Positions 37,024-51,500 are shown, numbered from the stretch's first letter. The stretch is 64,000 nucleotides of DNA from Trichosphaerium sp. ATCC 40318 (GCA_038496445.1 JALMLS010000455.1:1-64000), one strand, 5' to 3'. The notes: generated by a model not told the origin, from the letters alone. Numbers and translations: made by a program.

Positions 37024-40000
37024 ATGCGTGTTTGGTTAACTATATTGATCATTTGTGGCTTACATACCACATATGCTCTACCAGCGCGTAGCGTGCCTCA
37101 TACAACCAATACCCCATCTGTCAGGTCATTTTAGTCTTAATACATCAATTAGTCGCTAAACGTATTTCAGTAGGCATACAAACGCTAGTTTAAGTCATAT
37201 AGGTACGTTGGCATTCTATTTCCATTGAATGGGCGGTTATGAACACCAACGTTAGGAAAATGCCACAATCATGACATAAGAGTTATGTGGGAGGCCCACA
37301 GCGAGTCTTTCATAATGTCTTCACCACGTATTGTTGATTTGTACAGGCACGTATCGGAAACTACAAACAGTACGCTTATAGCGAAAGGGATGGTAAAAAA
37401 GAAGTACTGGCATGTAGTAGGCACTATGTTGAAGCATTTGAAGGTGTATCAGGTGCTCACACACGTGGTGCGTTCATAATACAATCGTCACCTATTTACA
37501 CTTTAAGGTTGGCCTTTTGGCTTCCCTGAGTCGACCTTTATGGCAGATGCTCTGATGTGAGTGCGCACTGCAATGAAATTTCTATATCAATTTAATTTGA
37601 GTGTTGCATTACTTGTGGCTTATACATGCAGGTATGATATCGATGGTGACAATGTAGACGATATTTTGGTATCAACAGACAAAGGGGAGCTTGTGTGGTT
37701 GAGGTTTGATATAAATAGAAAAGCTTTAAATTGACAGTTTTTATTTTGATAGAGAAGACGGTATACCTCTTTTTTCAAACACTCTAAAGGTACCCAAATT
37801 ACGAGCCAGGGTTGATTGGTATGGTGGTGTTGATCCTGTGGTACGAACATAATATATGTGGTACACTAATATTGCGTGAGCCGGGACAACAAAAGGATAA
37901 CAGAAAAGACAATTCTCAAAAGCCAAATGAAGCAAGCAACTCAGGTGCTACTGCAACAAATTTAAGCGGTGGTGGACGTCACGTGCGAAAATTGTTGGCC
38001 GTTTCAACGAGTGATGAAGCTAAAGAAAAGGAAAGCTTGGAGAACATAAGAGGATGGCTTCCACAAGAAGCAATCGAAAGTCTTTCTGTAAGCTTTTTTT
38101 TTCTTTCTTTTTTGTTTGCTTACCAGATACTCTAGTTGTTTTTAAAACACATCCCAATAACTTCTCGAGGCGAAAAACACTTGCTTTATTCGTTTTCCTT
38201 CCAAGAGCACATTCGCTCTACACCACATTACGACGATAACCGCAATGGATTTATTTGGATAGGTCAATTCCATTTTTTTAAAGTTTGAAGCATCATTTGA
38301 ACTCTTAACATTTTTCTTTAGATCCCCATATAATCACCACACCTGTAATTGCTGATATTGATAATGATAGAATAGATGAACTTATAATATCGGTCAGCTA
38401 CTTCTTTGATGAGTAAGTATTGGTGCAAACACGTGATGCTTATTACCTCTTAAAGCTCTGCTTATGAACAAACTGAAAAGTATCCAACTGACATTAAGTT
38501 TGTACGTAACCTCTTAACGTATTAGTTGGATGATTCTAAATTCTTCTAAAAGGAGAATTATATTGGAGATGGTATATACGTTATCGACTTGAAAACTGGA
38601 CAAAAAAAATGGGCGACCCGTATCCTTTCATAGCAATTTGTTATTTTTTTGCAAACTAAACTTTATGCTTCCTTAATAACAAAGAACTTGATCTAACGAC
38701 ATCAAGCACGACACTATCTTAGCAAATGTTAAAGCTTACACTTGTATAGAGGCTGGCCACAGGGGTATAAGTTACTCCACACCAACAGTTGTGAGTTTTG
38801 TGTTGTTCAAAGAATTATTGTTTTGTGACATTTAATGTGTTAGGTTGACTTGGATGGCGATGGTTTTATGGAAATATTAGCAACATCAGCTGCTGGTTTC
38901 ATTCATGTACTTGACCATACTGGAAAAGCAAAGACATCAATAAAGGATATGTCAATGGACGCTCTCTATTCATCTGCTGCTGTAGCTGATGTTACAGGCG
39001 ATGGATCCCTTGATATAGTAGCTATAGACGGTAAGCAAATACTTGATAAGGGTTATAGTGCAATATTTTGCTTACTGCCTTGAAAGAAAGCGGAAACGTC
39101 GTTTGTTGGAATAATAAAGGATATGAAGAATGGGAACACCGTATTTCTGGGGTTGCCAATAAGTACGTGAAGTAAAAATGGAACTATTCACTCATATCAT
39201 TATCAGCAATCCTATTTTCGGAGACGTAAACAATGATGGTGTACTAGATGTTGTTTTTGCTACTGATAAAGGACACTTATGGGCATTGTAAGTTTGTTTT
39301 ATCTCAACTGCTTTTTCACGTGACCATTTGTTACTCATACCTTTGTAGACATGGTGATACTGGAAAACCTTTACCTTATTTTCCATTGCAACTAAAAGGA
39401 GAGGTTATTGGTATGATGCGTTAGACATCTAACCGAGCCTCGAAGTGTCAGGCTAATGTACTTTTTTTAGAGCAACCAATTTTGATAAACTTTGGTAATT
39501 CCTCTGTCCCTTTAATGTCAATTATTGCAGCCACAACGGCTGGTAAATTATACATTACAGATGCAACGTTACCATGTACACAGGAAATAGGTAAGATCTG
39601 TAATTGAAGTCCATTTTTCTCTTTTGACAAAATTACAAACACAAATTTCTTTTAGATATTGGAGAGCCAATTTACAGTACAGTGCTGGTAGATGACGTCA
39701 CTGGTAATGGGAAGTTAGATTTAATAATTAGCACTATGCATGGTAAAGTATTTGCTATGGGTACACAGATACCATTTGATGCATTGAACACGTGGTGAGA
39801 CTACAGAAAAAAATGAATCGTCCTTTGTACTGATCCTTTGTTTCACTTTTAGGTCATCCAGATGGCAAGGTGTTAACGGTTTTACATCAAAACAGTATGG
39901 CGGTATTCGTATATCTGATCACACAAGATCAATAACAGATTTGGGTGGACAATATACTGATATAGGCTTTGAGATAACAGACAAGAGAAAGAAAGTTGAA

Positions 40001-40406
40001 CCAAGATATTTTGTGCAGGTAAAAATTTTGACAGAAAAAACAAGTACATGACGACTTTCACTTTTAAACTTTGTCTAGGTTTTCCATGGGTCTTCACAGA
40101 TCGCCTCAGATGTTTATTATAAGACTGGCCATTATGTCATACGAGTTCCATCACCAAAGCATATTGTATCAGCTACACTGAATGTTCGTCTCACAAACGA
40201 AAAGGGACAGCGGTTTGAGGATTCTTATAGTGTAAAGTTTAACAACCATTTTTATCGAACAATAAAGGTACGCTCTCTGGTGAATCGTTCCAAATATATC
40301 TAACTAACTTTTCTTTCTTATCAAGTGGATCCTTGCTGGGCCTTTCATCGCTACTGCTGTGGCTATATTCTTTGTAAAAGAACTGGTTGACTTGTTACCA
40401 ACATAA
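37024..40406 (+). CDS. DEX1-like FG-GAP-repeat membrane protein
   Basis: Signal peptide; repeated DxDGD motifs (DIDGDNVDD, DLDGDGFME, DVTGDGSLD, DVNNDGVLD); DPHIITTPVIADIDND..ELIISVSYFFD; C-terminal FNNHFYRTIKWIL plus TM segment. Confidence 0.85.
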
Positions 40407-41516
40407 AAAAAAAGCTTGTAAATAAACCTTGTCAAACAAGATGTGAAAAGTGTCGTTTCAGGTCCCACCTAACTCCGACAGCGAGTGTTGATACACTTTT
40501 GGCGTAGCGTTCTATAATATGCGATAAAAGAGATATAGGGATAAGATACAAAAGTGAGATAAGAAGGGAGATTGTGTTTACTGAAAAAAAATGTACAACA
40601 TAAAAAAAACAAATAATACATAGCTTGATAGAAGTTGGCTAAATGAAAACATGTACTTTCTGGTGTTAGGGAACTGATCGCTTGTTACTATGCATAGAGG
40701 CTGCACAGTACGCCTAAACAACCTTATTTTGGCAATTGTTTGCATTTAGACGTAAAAGAACCAAATCGTCTAGCGTTCATTTTCCGGAGATGAGCATAAT
40801 ATCTAACCGAACTAAAGAGTAAACAATTGTACTCAGTCTTTGCTTTGATGACCGCGCATGACGTGGTTTTTACAGTTTTCTGTAATTGGTAAAACACACC
40901 GAACTACGATTTCCAGCTCTTGGTGCGGCAGTGGATTGTTTTCTTCTCTTTGTAATGGCTAAGAACGAGAATGCAAAAAGGTTCTACTGGCGTGCTATCG
41001 TAGCACAAGCAAGCTCCAGAAACAGGTATACCGATACGGGACTTCGCAAAGCCGAAAATGTGTCGAAGGTTAATCGTATAATTATTACGAAACGCAATAC
41101 AACAAGTAAGAGGTAACAAAACTTGCATCGCGTCTTGTTTATTAGTTTCTCCGTTTTACGTACTAAAATACGACTGTTATAATTGAGAAGTGTCAAAAGG
41201 GTGATGAAACGAGTAGCAACAATATACAACTACATACGCTCTTTCTCTACGCTAAAACCTGAATCTTGTGAAATGAATAAGGCAGTTGCAATTAAAACGC
41301 TGTAACGCTTTAGATAACACCCCACCGCGAGTAGAAAAGTAGAACCAAGAGAAAAGAATCGAGTTCTTTACGTCGTAATTTTGTTTTTAAAAACGACTTC
41401 GCGAGGCCTTTTATGGATGGAGGAGCCAAATGGACTTGGTTTGATCGAATATGTGCATTATTGTTTACAGTGAGTGGTTTTTGGAGTTTTTCGCGTTGTT
41501 GAAGCGAAGAAGTTCG

Positions 41517-42130
41517 TCAGTGTTCCTTTGTGCGTAGCAGAAGTGTGTCTTGCTCGCAGAAGCGTAAATACTTTGTGCGTAGCATTGTTTCTATATCTAC
41601 CTTCGCTGCATAAAACAATTCGGAAGTGACAGAGTTGTCATAAAGGTGGAACACTATCTCGCGTTTGTGGTCTGGTCTAACGTTGAGAATCTCTATTTTA
41701 CTCCCCGTGCCGAGAAAATCATCTGCTATACTTCGTGCCTCTTCGCTCATTTGTGTTTCGTTAGCGAATTGCGTGTGTTGGAACTTGTGAACCCGCATAT
41801 AAAAGAGTAGGTTCTCCTCAGCGAATTCTTTAAGCAAATACGATAAAAAGCACTGATATAGCTTGTCGTCCTCTGTTAGGTGCTCAAAACGCCCAAGTCG
41901 TTGAACTGAAGAAGAATCCCCTCTAAATTACATGAGTATAATTAAAAATACTGCCGATAAGTCGGTTGGCGACTTTGGGGGCATTTTGTGTTAAATAAAA
42001 TGCGCTGTATTAAAAAACCCCAACGCTGGAATAAATGTGTCCGGGCTTCCTTCCGCACGACGTACGACTGACTGGCATTCCAGGATGCTTGATAGTTTAA
42101 CTGGTTATCGCTACTAGTGCAACAACCCAT
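41517..42130 (-). CDS. Small RGS-domain protein with an MGCC lipidation start
   Basis: FLSYLLKEFAEENLLFYMRV...ARSIADDFL...ILNV...LFYAAKVDIETML..KYLRF. Confidence 0.85.
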
Positions 42131-42433
42131 AAATAACGCGATAAAAGCGTTATTGTTAACTTGAGTGCAAATTTTGGGTAGGTCGCCTTGTGTAGGCGGT
42201 TTTTGTGGTTAATCGTAAAATGTGAGACTTTATACGGGGGAGAAAACTCCGTTCTTTTCAATACAATTCAACAGTAAACCAATCACAATACACGTTACTA
42301 CGTGTAACGCTTTCTGTAGGCACATTTTTGTGTTACTTTTTTTTTATTACAAGTATACAATGCTCCTGACGTCTATATGGTGCAAAAATATCGATACAAA
42401 GGTTGTATTTTCTTGTGCGCGATCGATAGCGCT

Positions 42434-42904
42434 TTAAATTGAATTAGACCGTACGAAGCCTCGTTGGTGTCTATCAAGTATTGACTCTATATTGTTCTTC
42501 TTGTATTTGACAGGTTTTTTATCTTCATTGTGGACTACCAACGCGAGTATATTGGCTGTCCAGAGTGGGAAATGTTGCTCAACGCAACTGCCAGCTAAAG
42601 AAAAAAAAAAAGGTGAGTATTCAGCTCACTACATTCCAATCTTGATTTACAAGCGTACATAACCAACTTCTAACGCGAAAAGATGCGTTTGGAGCTTTGA
42701 GGCTCTTTCCTCGTGTTTGAGAGACTACACCAGAAAATTTTGATAAATTACCACAGTGCATCCAAAATACAGTAACATTATCCCCTGCCTACTTGTATAT
42801 GAGTATTTGCGCGTTACAGGTTGCTTAATAACCTTAAAGTGAGGAAAAATGCCATGAACCATTTTGCGCTTGGTGGTTTTCTTCGCTTTTACTGCGCCAG
42901 CCAT
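42434..42904 (-). CDS. Small spliced hypothetical protein
   Basis: Exons join to approximately MAGAVKAKKTTKRKMVHGIFPHFK-AGDNVTVFWMHC-GLKHEERASKLQTHLFALEVGY-GSCVEQHFPLWTANILALVVHNEDKK... Confidence 0.5.
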
Positions 42905-43166
42905 TGGCGATTTAGCGAGTGCGTGCATTTTTTCGACAAATACGCTTCGTTAGTTAGTATACGTGTAAATGGGAGCGTGGCAAGGGCAACTTACCTCCAA
43001 TTAGCTCAAAAATGTCTGGTGGCTTTAATTTACTGAGGATGGTACAAACAGTATTCTTGTAGGATCCCCGCCTATAAAATACACGCTATTATGAGTTTAA
43101 TGACGTTGTTTATTGTTGTTGACTTCAGTGTTTCTTCAGTTAAGAACCATTTAACAGCTAGTTAAA

Positions 43167-45364
43167 ATGCTGGAACTGATACCGTTTGGGGACTTTACGC
43201 TTGTTTGTGTAAACATAGGATACAGAGGGAAATGGTTTTTGCTTTGTCAAGTGTTGAACATTGCAGGAGTCAATGTACCAGATGTAGACGCGATTGCCAA
43301 ACGTAAGAAACATTTCGTGTAAATTGTTGATCATTTCGAGTTTTTACAACTGCCACAATGTAACCTTACGCGTTAATAGACCTCCAACAGAACGAATACC
43401 GTATCTCAAAGTTAAAAAATCCCGTTGAACTTTCACAGCTCGTAAAACTTGGTTTAATACAACAAAACGCTGCGTTTGCATATATTATAAGCATGGCAAG
43501 CCTTGGTGCATTTTTGCGTAGCCAAGGATCTGTTGAAGGCAGACTAACCCGGTTATACGATAAACTTGGAGAAATGCAGGTATGCAAAGAGGTGTAGGAG
43601 TACAAAAGCTTAACAGAAAGTTTGACTTGTGATATTTCGTGTTTTTAAAGAATATTGCAAATCACGTTTTTTGTTGTTGGCTAAACCATTTTTACAGAAT
43701 AAAAGAACCAACAATAGAAAACGTCGTAATGACGGGTTAACATCAGCACAGAAGAAAAGGGTTGCACATGGCCAAGGTTGGCGTTGTGCACGATGTAAAA
43801 ATATGTTACCATCACAGCACGTGTTTTTGCAAAATTTTCTTAGTTGTTTTTGAAAATTCAAACTTAAAATGTAGGTACCGTGTTAGCCCTCTCCTTACGT
43901 GGACAGACGAACAACAGAAAAAAGGCAACATACTGGATCAATATCAGGCATTCTGTCCATCATGTCATGCACATAAAATGGATGATGATATCATTGAAGA
44001 ACGCGAATGTCAAAATGTAGATGTTTCGAAGTGGCGTCCTTCTGGTGAACCAACCACAGTACTACAGAAAAAAAGAACCCAACCAGATGAACCCAATGCA
44101 TACTGGAGACCTCCCAAGAAGCGTAGAAGGGTAGCTAAGGACACAGAAGAAAGTGTGAGTGATAGTCTTGGCATTGGCGGTATTGATGATTTTTCGCGTA
44201 CTGCGACTCCTTCAGTATCTCAAAGTCGTTCACAGTCAGGCACCACTAGTAAAGAACAAAAAGAAGGTTCTTCAAAGTCGTTACTATCCCCTATGGATAG
44301 TAACAGCGGTGTATCTTTGTTTTCAGATCAAGACGATATTTTAATTGCGTGTACGTCTCGCTTGCTTTAAACCAACATCTGATGAATAGTAGCGCCTAAA
44401 CCAGTTGCAATGTCTTCTATAGATGCCGTTGATAATACTATGGCAACTCGTAGTAGGAGTGACTCTCAGAGCTTGAATTTTAAACAGCTGACACGTACTG
44501 GTAAGAATTATTGAACTTAGATCTCTTTTTGTATTAAATATTCGGTAGACACATCAAGCGCTCCAACGGCTTCACTTAGTATAGAACCAAGTGCTATGGA
44601 TATATCACAAGATAGTGCGCGAGATATTTGGGGAGGAGAAGGAGAAGACTCTGATAGTGAATCTATATCAGAGTTGTTCATAGATCCCCAGTATCAACAC
44701 TCAATGCAACTTATGGACACTTCACTTGATATTTCAGCTTCTTTAACTATTGAACCATCACCTCCACCCACTGTAACATATGACAATAACCCACTACCCA
44801 CAATAGCATCAACATTAGTAGAGGCCATCGAGTCTTCACCAACAAAGCCTTCAGTTTCGACACCAGAAGACACTCCATCAAGTGATATTTTGGCTTCAGT
44901 CTCGACACCTGAAGACACTCCTTCGAGTGATAGTGTGGCGAGTTCAATAGATAACACAGCATCTAACATGGTAAAACCCTCGGACTTTACAATGGCAAAC
45001 AGTAAAGCGAGTAATAAATTCTTCAAAGCTAATCCTGCAACAACTCCTAAAGTTGTAAAATCAAGACAACAATTGATACTTAACATGAGGTACATTGCTT
45101 CTCTTCTATTTTTTTGTTCTCCACCTCGAGGTGTTTACATTTCATGTCCACTAACGCTTTGTTCCAAGCAAGTACAAGCGCATATCCAGGATTCCAGGAG
45201 TTCGTATGCAAGTTGAAGATAAAGAAGCTAAATTGGAAGAAAAAGCTATCGAATCAATAAAATCTTATCCAAAGCGTAAGGTACCTTCAGTGGTCAAAGA
45301 TCTTGGTGGCACAAAAAGAAGTATGTCTGCTCAATTTGATATGATTAGCAGTTCTTCCTTGTAA
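43167..45364 (+). CDS. Protein with a degenerate HNH/zinc-binding domain and a long S/T/P-rich disordered tail
   Basis: QKKRVAHGQGWRCARCKNMLP...GNILDQYQAFCPSCHAHK resembles HNH endonucleases; SVSTPEDTPSSD is duplicated. Confidence 0.7.
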
Positions 45365-45580
45365 ATAAACAACTGTACTATACTTGTATTTTAAAAGTAA
45401 GAGCGTTAATTTAATTGTAAGTACAATATTTACATTTTTTTTAATTGATCACGTGTTCAACTCATAAGAAAGTTCTGAGAAATAAGTGTGAGTACTATAG
45501 CGTTTGAAGAATACAACAGCTTTGGCGAATCATACAGGTATACTGTTGTAAGTAGTCTGCAATGACGTTGTCGAGGTCTC

Positions 45581-47504
45581 TTACTTGATGTGCGCTGGGG
45601 TACTATTGAATTTTGGAAACATCATGTCAACGTCTGAGGATATCGATTTAGGTGGTTGTATGAGTGTATTATCTTCTGATAAGGTATGATTATGATCAAT
45701 ATTCACATGTGGAGCAAAGTGTTGTATTGCCTGCACAATAGGTCCTATTTCTCCATCCCACCAATATGGTATTGGCACCAAATATATACCTATTGAAATT
45801 AAGTTTTTACAGCTTTAGATGCCATTCTTGGAGTGTACCAATGTCGATGCAGTCTTGTTGTTTTTCCATATCACGTGTTCTTTGGATTGCTGAGTACTGG
45901 TCGGTAAAGAATATCCCATCTTCGTAATGATGTTCGCCTATGATTTACAAATGAGAAGGTATATACAACAAAATAGGAGGGTTTATATGAAAGGTTGATG
46001 AAATACCATTGTATTCAAAAGCAAGATTGACAGCAGGTACGTAGACATCAACAGATAATCTCATTTGATTAGACGCTCTTATTCCTACATAGTGTTCTTC
46101 TAGTACTTGGTATTGTGGGAATACACGTTGTACAGTACGCGCAAGTAATCTTGACAAAAAATGTAAGCGGGAGTTAGTAGATGTCTTAAGTGAGGTTACC
46201 TTTGTTTTGATAGTTTTCCTTGCCACATTGAGAACCTGTGCCATTCCCATGATATATTAGGTTCTATTAAGGACAAAGCACTTGGCCACTGTTTTAACAT
46301 GCCTCTACCACCAATTGCACGTAGTTGCTGTAGTGAAATATGGTACCTTAACAAATACTGTAAAACTTGTAAAATCATCAAATAAGAATTAATTCAATAC
46401 CATGCTTGGTTATCTTTTACGCCAAGCTTTGATTTAGCTTCATATAAGAAATCTCGCACGTGCTCCTTATTTGACCATAGTCTCCTCCAAATATGTCTCC
46501 TACCCAATAGTTTAATTTAATCAGTTTGTGGTGTCAAGCTCGTCGAAGAAATAGTAAAAGTATACCTCTCAAGACGAGATTTCCAGTTATGATTTGGATA
46601 CAATGTCGACAAGCATGCAGTCATTGATCCTTTGTAATAATGCCTATTCAATATTCCTGCTGCTCCGTGGTTTATAATATCTACGTTATCAACGTTATTC
46701 CAGTCATCAAGCTCTTTTACATCAAGTTGTTCACCAATGCGTTCAAATAATTCGCGTTGACGAGCAACACTTTGCCAATGTCGAAATCTCACAATTCTAC
46801 ATGTTACATCTCATGGTGCAATACTAAGCGTACTTGAATTGATCAGATATCCATGTATGAGAAGGATATAGTGTAGTTAAACAAGATTCCAAGGATCGAT
46901 TGTAATGTTCACTTTCATGAAAGATTAGTTTTACTCCAAATCGGGCAGTTGCCCAACGTACAGAATGTCTGCGTGATTGGTAACATCTTTGGCAGTAACG
47001 TCATACCATTCATCGAGTTCTTTGACTTGTAATTTCTGTGCAATATAGCTCAATACAAGCCGTTGATTGTCTAGACTTTGATGTTCTAGATTCGGTTGTT
47101 CTTTTCGCCTACAATACAGTCAGACACGTGGTGGCACGTGATAAGCAAAGAAAATGCAATACACGGTGTACTTTGAGTTAAACGCTGTGAGCTGCCATTG
47201 ATAGTTGGGATAGATGGTCGTTAAAGCCCTTTTAAGTGAGTTTTGATGCGCTCTACGGAAATTGGCTAAGCCAGCGTTTTTGTGACTGTTTATTACCGTA
47301 GAACTTGACTAGCTACCCTCTGTATACGAGATTTGGGTGTTTTGTACCAATCATCCAGAGTCTTTACATTTAAGCTTTCTGCAGCGTGATTTAGGCGTAG
47401 TTTGTACGAATTAGCACTAAGAGCTTATGAGAACACGAATACCAGTTACAGTAGATTAAGAATAGCGTAAATAAACGCACTTGCGCATTTGTCAGCGTTT
47501 TCAT
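45581..47504 (-). CDS. Tandem W-rich repeat protein with a C-terminal PD-(D/E)XK/RAP-like domain (paralogue 1); start uncertain
   Basis: Repeats such as LDVKELDDWNNV..DIINHGAAGIL..Y..S...L.TLYPNHNW; C-terminus LSVDVYVPAVNLAFEYNGEHHY...RDMEKQQDC..GI.LVPIPYWWD. Confidence 0.8.
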
Positions 47505-47892
47505 TTACAAAAAACGCTACAGAAGATGCAAATGACTCTATTTTGTATTAAATACGCTGTTGTTCATTCTTTTTGAACATCAGTGCATGTGAAGGCCATG
47601 CAATAAACCAAAGTAGCTTTGAAGCGTACTCCTGTACGTTAAAATGTCGCTCAAGCAAAGTCAAATCGATTTGTATAAAATGGACACGTGACAAAACCCA
47701 CTATTTGCAAAACATCAGAGCTGTCACTAACAAAATCAAACAATCCATATCCAGAAACTTTTCTGTTGTTTGATACACAATCGCCAGCACTCCATTGTAG
47801 CGATAGAGGTGACTATCGCTGTGCCTTGGCTTTACAAATTTTACATAATGTTTGATTTTTTTTTGTTTCGGTATGTAGCTTGTTGCCATTCT

Positions 47893-48433
47893 TTAAACAG
47901 CGATTCTGTGTCTGCCTTTTTGGCGGCGTCTGTTAATGACTTTTCTGCCGTTGCGAGTTTGCATCCGTTGCATGAATCCGTGCTTGTTTTTACGCTTTGA
48001 GTTGTTAGGTTGGTAAGTCTGCTTTGTCTTTCTAGCGAATTCTAGACCACCAATTTCCTCTACAGTACAAGTTGGTTATAAAACAACATTGAAGCGACTT
48101 TGTACCTGCTGGGTTGTAAACAATAGGTAATAGGGCTTCATCTGTTGGCGTAATAGCCTTTTCTTGTATGATTTGAGACATTGTTTGCTCAGGAAGCGAA
48201 GTTTGTGCTTGAAAGCATCTAATAGATGATTCTTGACGTGGTGGCACTTTAATTTGTGGTAAAACATTGGAAGTTGTCTAGGCAAATTAATTCGAAATTA
48301 TGCTTAATTTTTGCGTATGGTTTGCTCACGCAAGGTGTTTGGCTAACAAAGAAAAAAAGTTGCTACAGGTGATACGTACGCGTGAACTGAACCGCAATGC
48401 GAAGGTAGAACCTCTTAGCAACGCGCTTGACAT
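47893..48433 (-). CDS. MRPL34: Mitochondrial ribosomal protein bL34m
   Basis: The last exon reads [43 protein letters not shown]; N-terminal presequence [15 protein letters not shown]. Confidence 0.9.
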
Positions 48434-48528
48434 CGTTGGCGTTGATAAATACTGCTAATATGGCTTAAATGATTTTAAGCCTTTGATTGCAAACTCGGAG
48501 AAACTGGGGCTGTAGACAACGCGCTCCC

Positions 48529-51500
48529 ATGTTTCGTATTAGCTTCTTTGTGCTTACTTTAATATACTGTGTGATAACGGAACCGCTTGGCACTTCGTTC
48601 TCTTGTAGCACTCTTAACCAAGCAGCGCAACGCGTACGTGTTTTTATTATAAACCTCGCAGTTTAAATAAATACGCGCTGGTTGACGACATGCGCTCATA
48701 CGCGTTTAACGTTCTTTAGACGCAATTAGATTCAAGCGTTAGGCAAATTGAATACAGCACAGACAGCGAACACTCGGTACTAAAAATGCGGTTATACGCA
48801 TTGAATTAACAGTGTATAGTCAGTGTGGATAGTCACGACTCTTGGAACGTTGCTACACTCAACTGATCAAGGTGATTTGAAATAAAATACGTTGAGTGTC
48901 GCTTTCTAACAAGCATCAGGAAAGAACTGGAATACCTTAAATAGTACACACCTCATAGGTTCTGATGAGAGCTTCTTCTCTGTACCCTTCTTCAATAGTT
49001 GGGTTACTGCACTTGGACGATCAGGAAGTGGTGTTCGAGAGATTTTTACAACTGACACAGATCCAAATACTGTACGGCCTGTTCAATACGTGAAAGAGGG
49101 CTATTGCTGATAGTATTAAACAGGCTTATTTCTTGGGATTTGGTACAAATTTATGGACAACTCGTGATAACGGAGCTACATTTACACGTTACAACACTGG
49201 AGGTAATTTTTATTTTTTTTTGTTTCACATTCCATGTTGACACGATTTGATAAGAAACTCTTGTCTTCGACATTAAGATACACCCAAAGAACCCTGGGTA
49301 TCTTATCGCTTTTGGTGCTAGTAGAGAGTGTACAAGCGTATTTAATGCGAATGCTTGTAGTGCTACAGAATGCGTATTTAGTGTACGAGGAAACTTTTAA
49401 AGTGAAACTTTTTTGATATTTGTTTTTTGTAGTTACTCATGTCAAAAAACTTTGGTGCTAACTGGACAACTGTTGAAAACTGGGTATCAGAGTACAACGT
49501 ACCTCTAACTTACTCTTGGGGTACATATTTTGCGCTACACGCTGCGATGATTCATTCACATTTAATGTTTACTTACGTGTATCAGGACGTGTCAAAACAT
49601 CAACTGATGACTCAGTTTTCCTTATTTCATACAAAGGTTAGTTTATCTATTTCTTCACTTTTCACTGACTCTCTATTTATAGAGAGCGCAAGAAATATAA
49701 ACCAACAATGTAATGCTCTAAATAACATGGAATTCAGATCAATTGGTGGAGACGCAGATTTGTATTTTGACGAATCATATGCTTTCCTTTACCACGACCA
49801 CCTCGACAGTCTTCTTGTTGCTCAAGTGAATGCACGTGTATTCACAATCTTGCTTTTTTTTGTTTGTGATATTGACTTATTTATTATTTAGAATGATGTT
49901 GATCCTCCTGCTTCTGATATCATGTTGGTTCAAGAAAATCAGATACCACAGAAGATAAACTTTCCGACAAGACCTGAAAACAGAGATCTTGTTCACAGAG
50001 ATTTGGTAACAGTTTATTGAGGTTATGTCCAATATCTGATCGTTCTTAGGGAATAAGATTTTTTACCTCCGATGCTGGTACAATCTTTGTTTCCCTTGTT
50101 AGGAATGTAGAAAGCACTGGTGCACGTATGTATATTGTGGTGTTTTCTTTTTGTATTAATCCATCAAGGTTTCGAGGATCTGTTTGTGTCAGATATGTTT
50201 TCTTCTGGATTTAGCCTTTCTCTTCGTAACTTTTTAAGTTTCAGACATATCCAGGTGCGTGATTTTTTATCTTAGTTTATCGAAACACTAAGTTTCTATT
50301 TTGTAGGGCATAGAAGGTGTAGCTATTGCTCAAACTGATTTATCTGCCGGAACATGGAAAGCGAAAATCACGTTCGATAATGGTTGGTTACTATTTTGTT
50401 TGTGTGATTTGTAACTTTTTACAAGGTGGATTTTGGACTGATATCGCTCCTCCAACAGGAAGAGATAACGTTCACGTGTTTAATGTGTTATCCAAAGACA
50501 CAGCAACTGGTGTACTTGTCGCTCAAGGTATACTATTCTCAATATCTGCAGAGTACTAAAGATGAGTCTATAGGGCAGGTTGGCTACTCCTACGTTGTTG
50601 CTAATTCAGCGGATGATAAGACCCTACTATCTAGGGATGCTGGTCGAACATGGAAGGTATTGGGAGGAGTATCAGAGTACAATATGGCTAATCACGGAAA
50701 CTTAATTGTTATGTTAAACAAAACAGCACCAAAGCTTAGGTACGCTCTCAGCTTGAAACGATTTTGTAATGGCATGCTAGTTTTACAGTCGATGGTGGTG
50801 CCACAGTTTTAGAGTGTGACTACGAAAGTACGCAATGATATAAGTTGCCTAGTAATTTATTAATCAATGCTAGCGAGTACCAATACTTGGGCAGGTAACA
50901 ATGTTTACACTGACCCTGCTGGAAAATTCAGACACTTCCTTTTGGAGGCTACTGAAACGGATGAAAACGCTACATCCACTCATTATATTTATTATCAAGA
51001 CTTATCATTAGCTCATAACCGCGAATGTGAGGTACGTGTCTAATTCTGTTTTATTTTATTTCTGTAAAACGGTTAACCTCTCTGGTAGGGAGTAGATAAC
51101 CCTGACACAGCGGGAAGCGATTACGAGACGTGGACACCTCACAGTACGTCTTTTTTTTGTAATGTCATTGAATGTATCAAGTATTTTAAAGAGATTGTAA
51201 TCGGTAAAGGCTAAGCCACTTCGTAGGTCCAGAAAGTTCTTGTGTACTTGGTAAGAAACTCACGTACATTCGAAAGAAAGAAAGTGCAGAGTGTCATGTT
51301 CCAGACGATTTTGATCCTTCCACTATTATAAGTGTTGAAATATGCCCTTGTACCCGCGAGGATTACTCGTGGTACGTTCTATTTAATATTTATTTAAATC
51401 CTGTTTTTTTCCCTGTGAAAGTCTAACCGTTTGAACCAAGTCAACTGTGTTTTGGCACAGTGATATCTGATAGATGTCAACTCGTATGTGATGAACATCC

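Noticed and set aside
40886-41229. Short overlapping ORFs between the DEX1-like and RGS genes
   Set aside because: No recognisable motif or consistent splice model; left unannotated.
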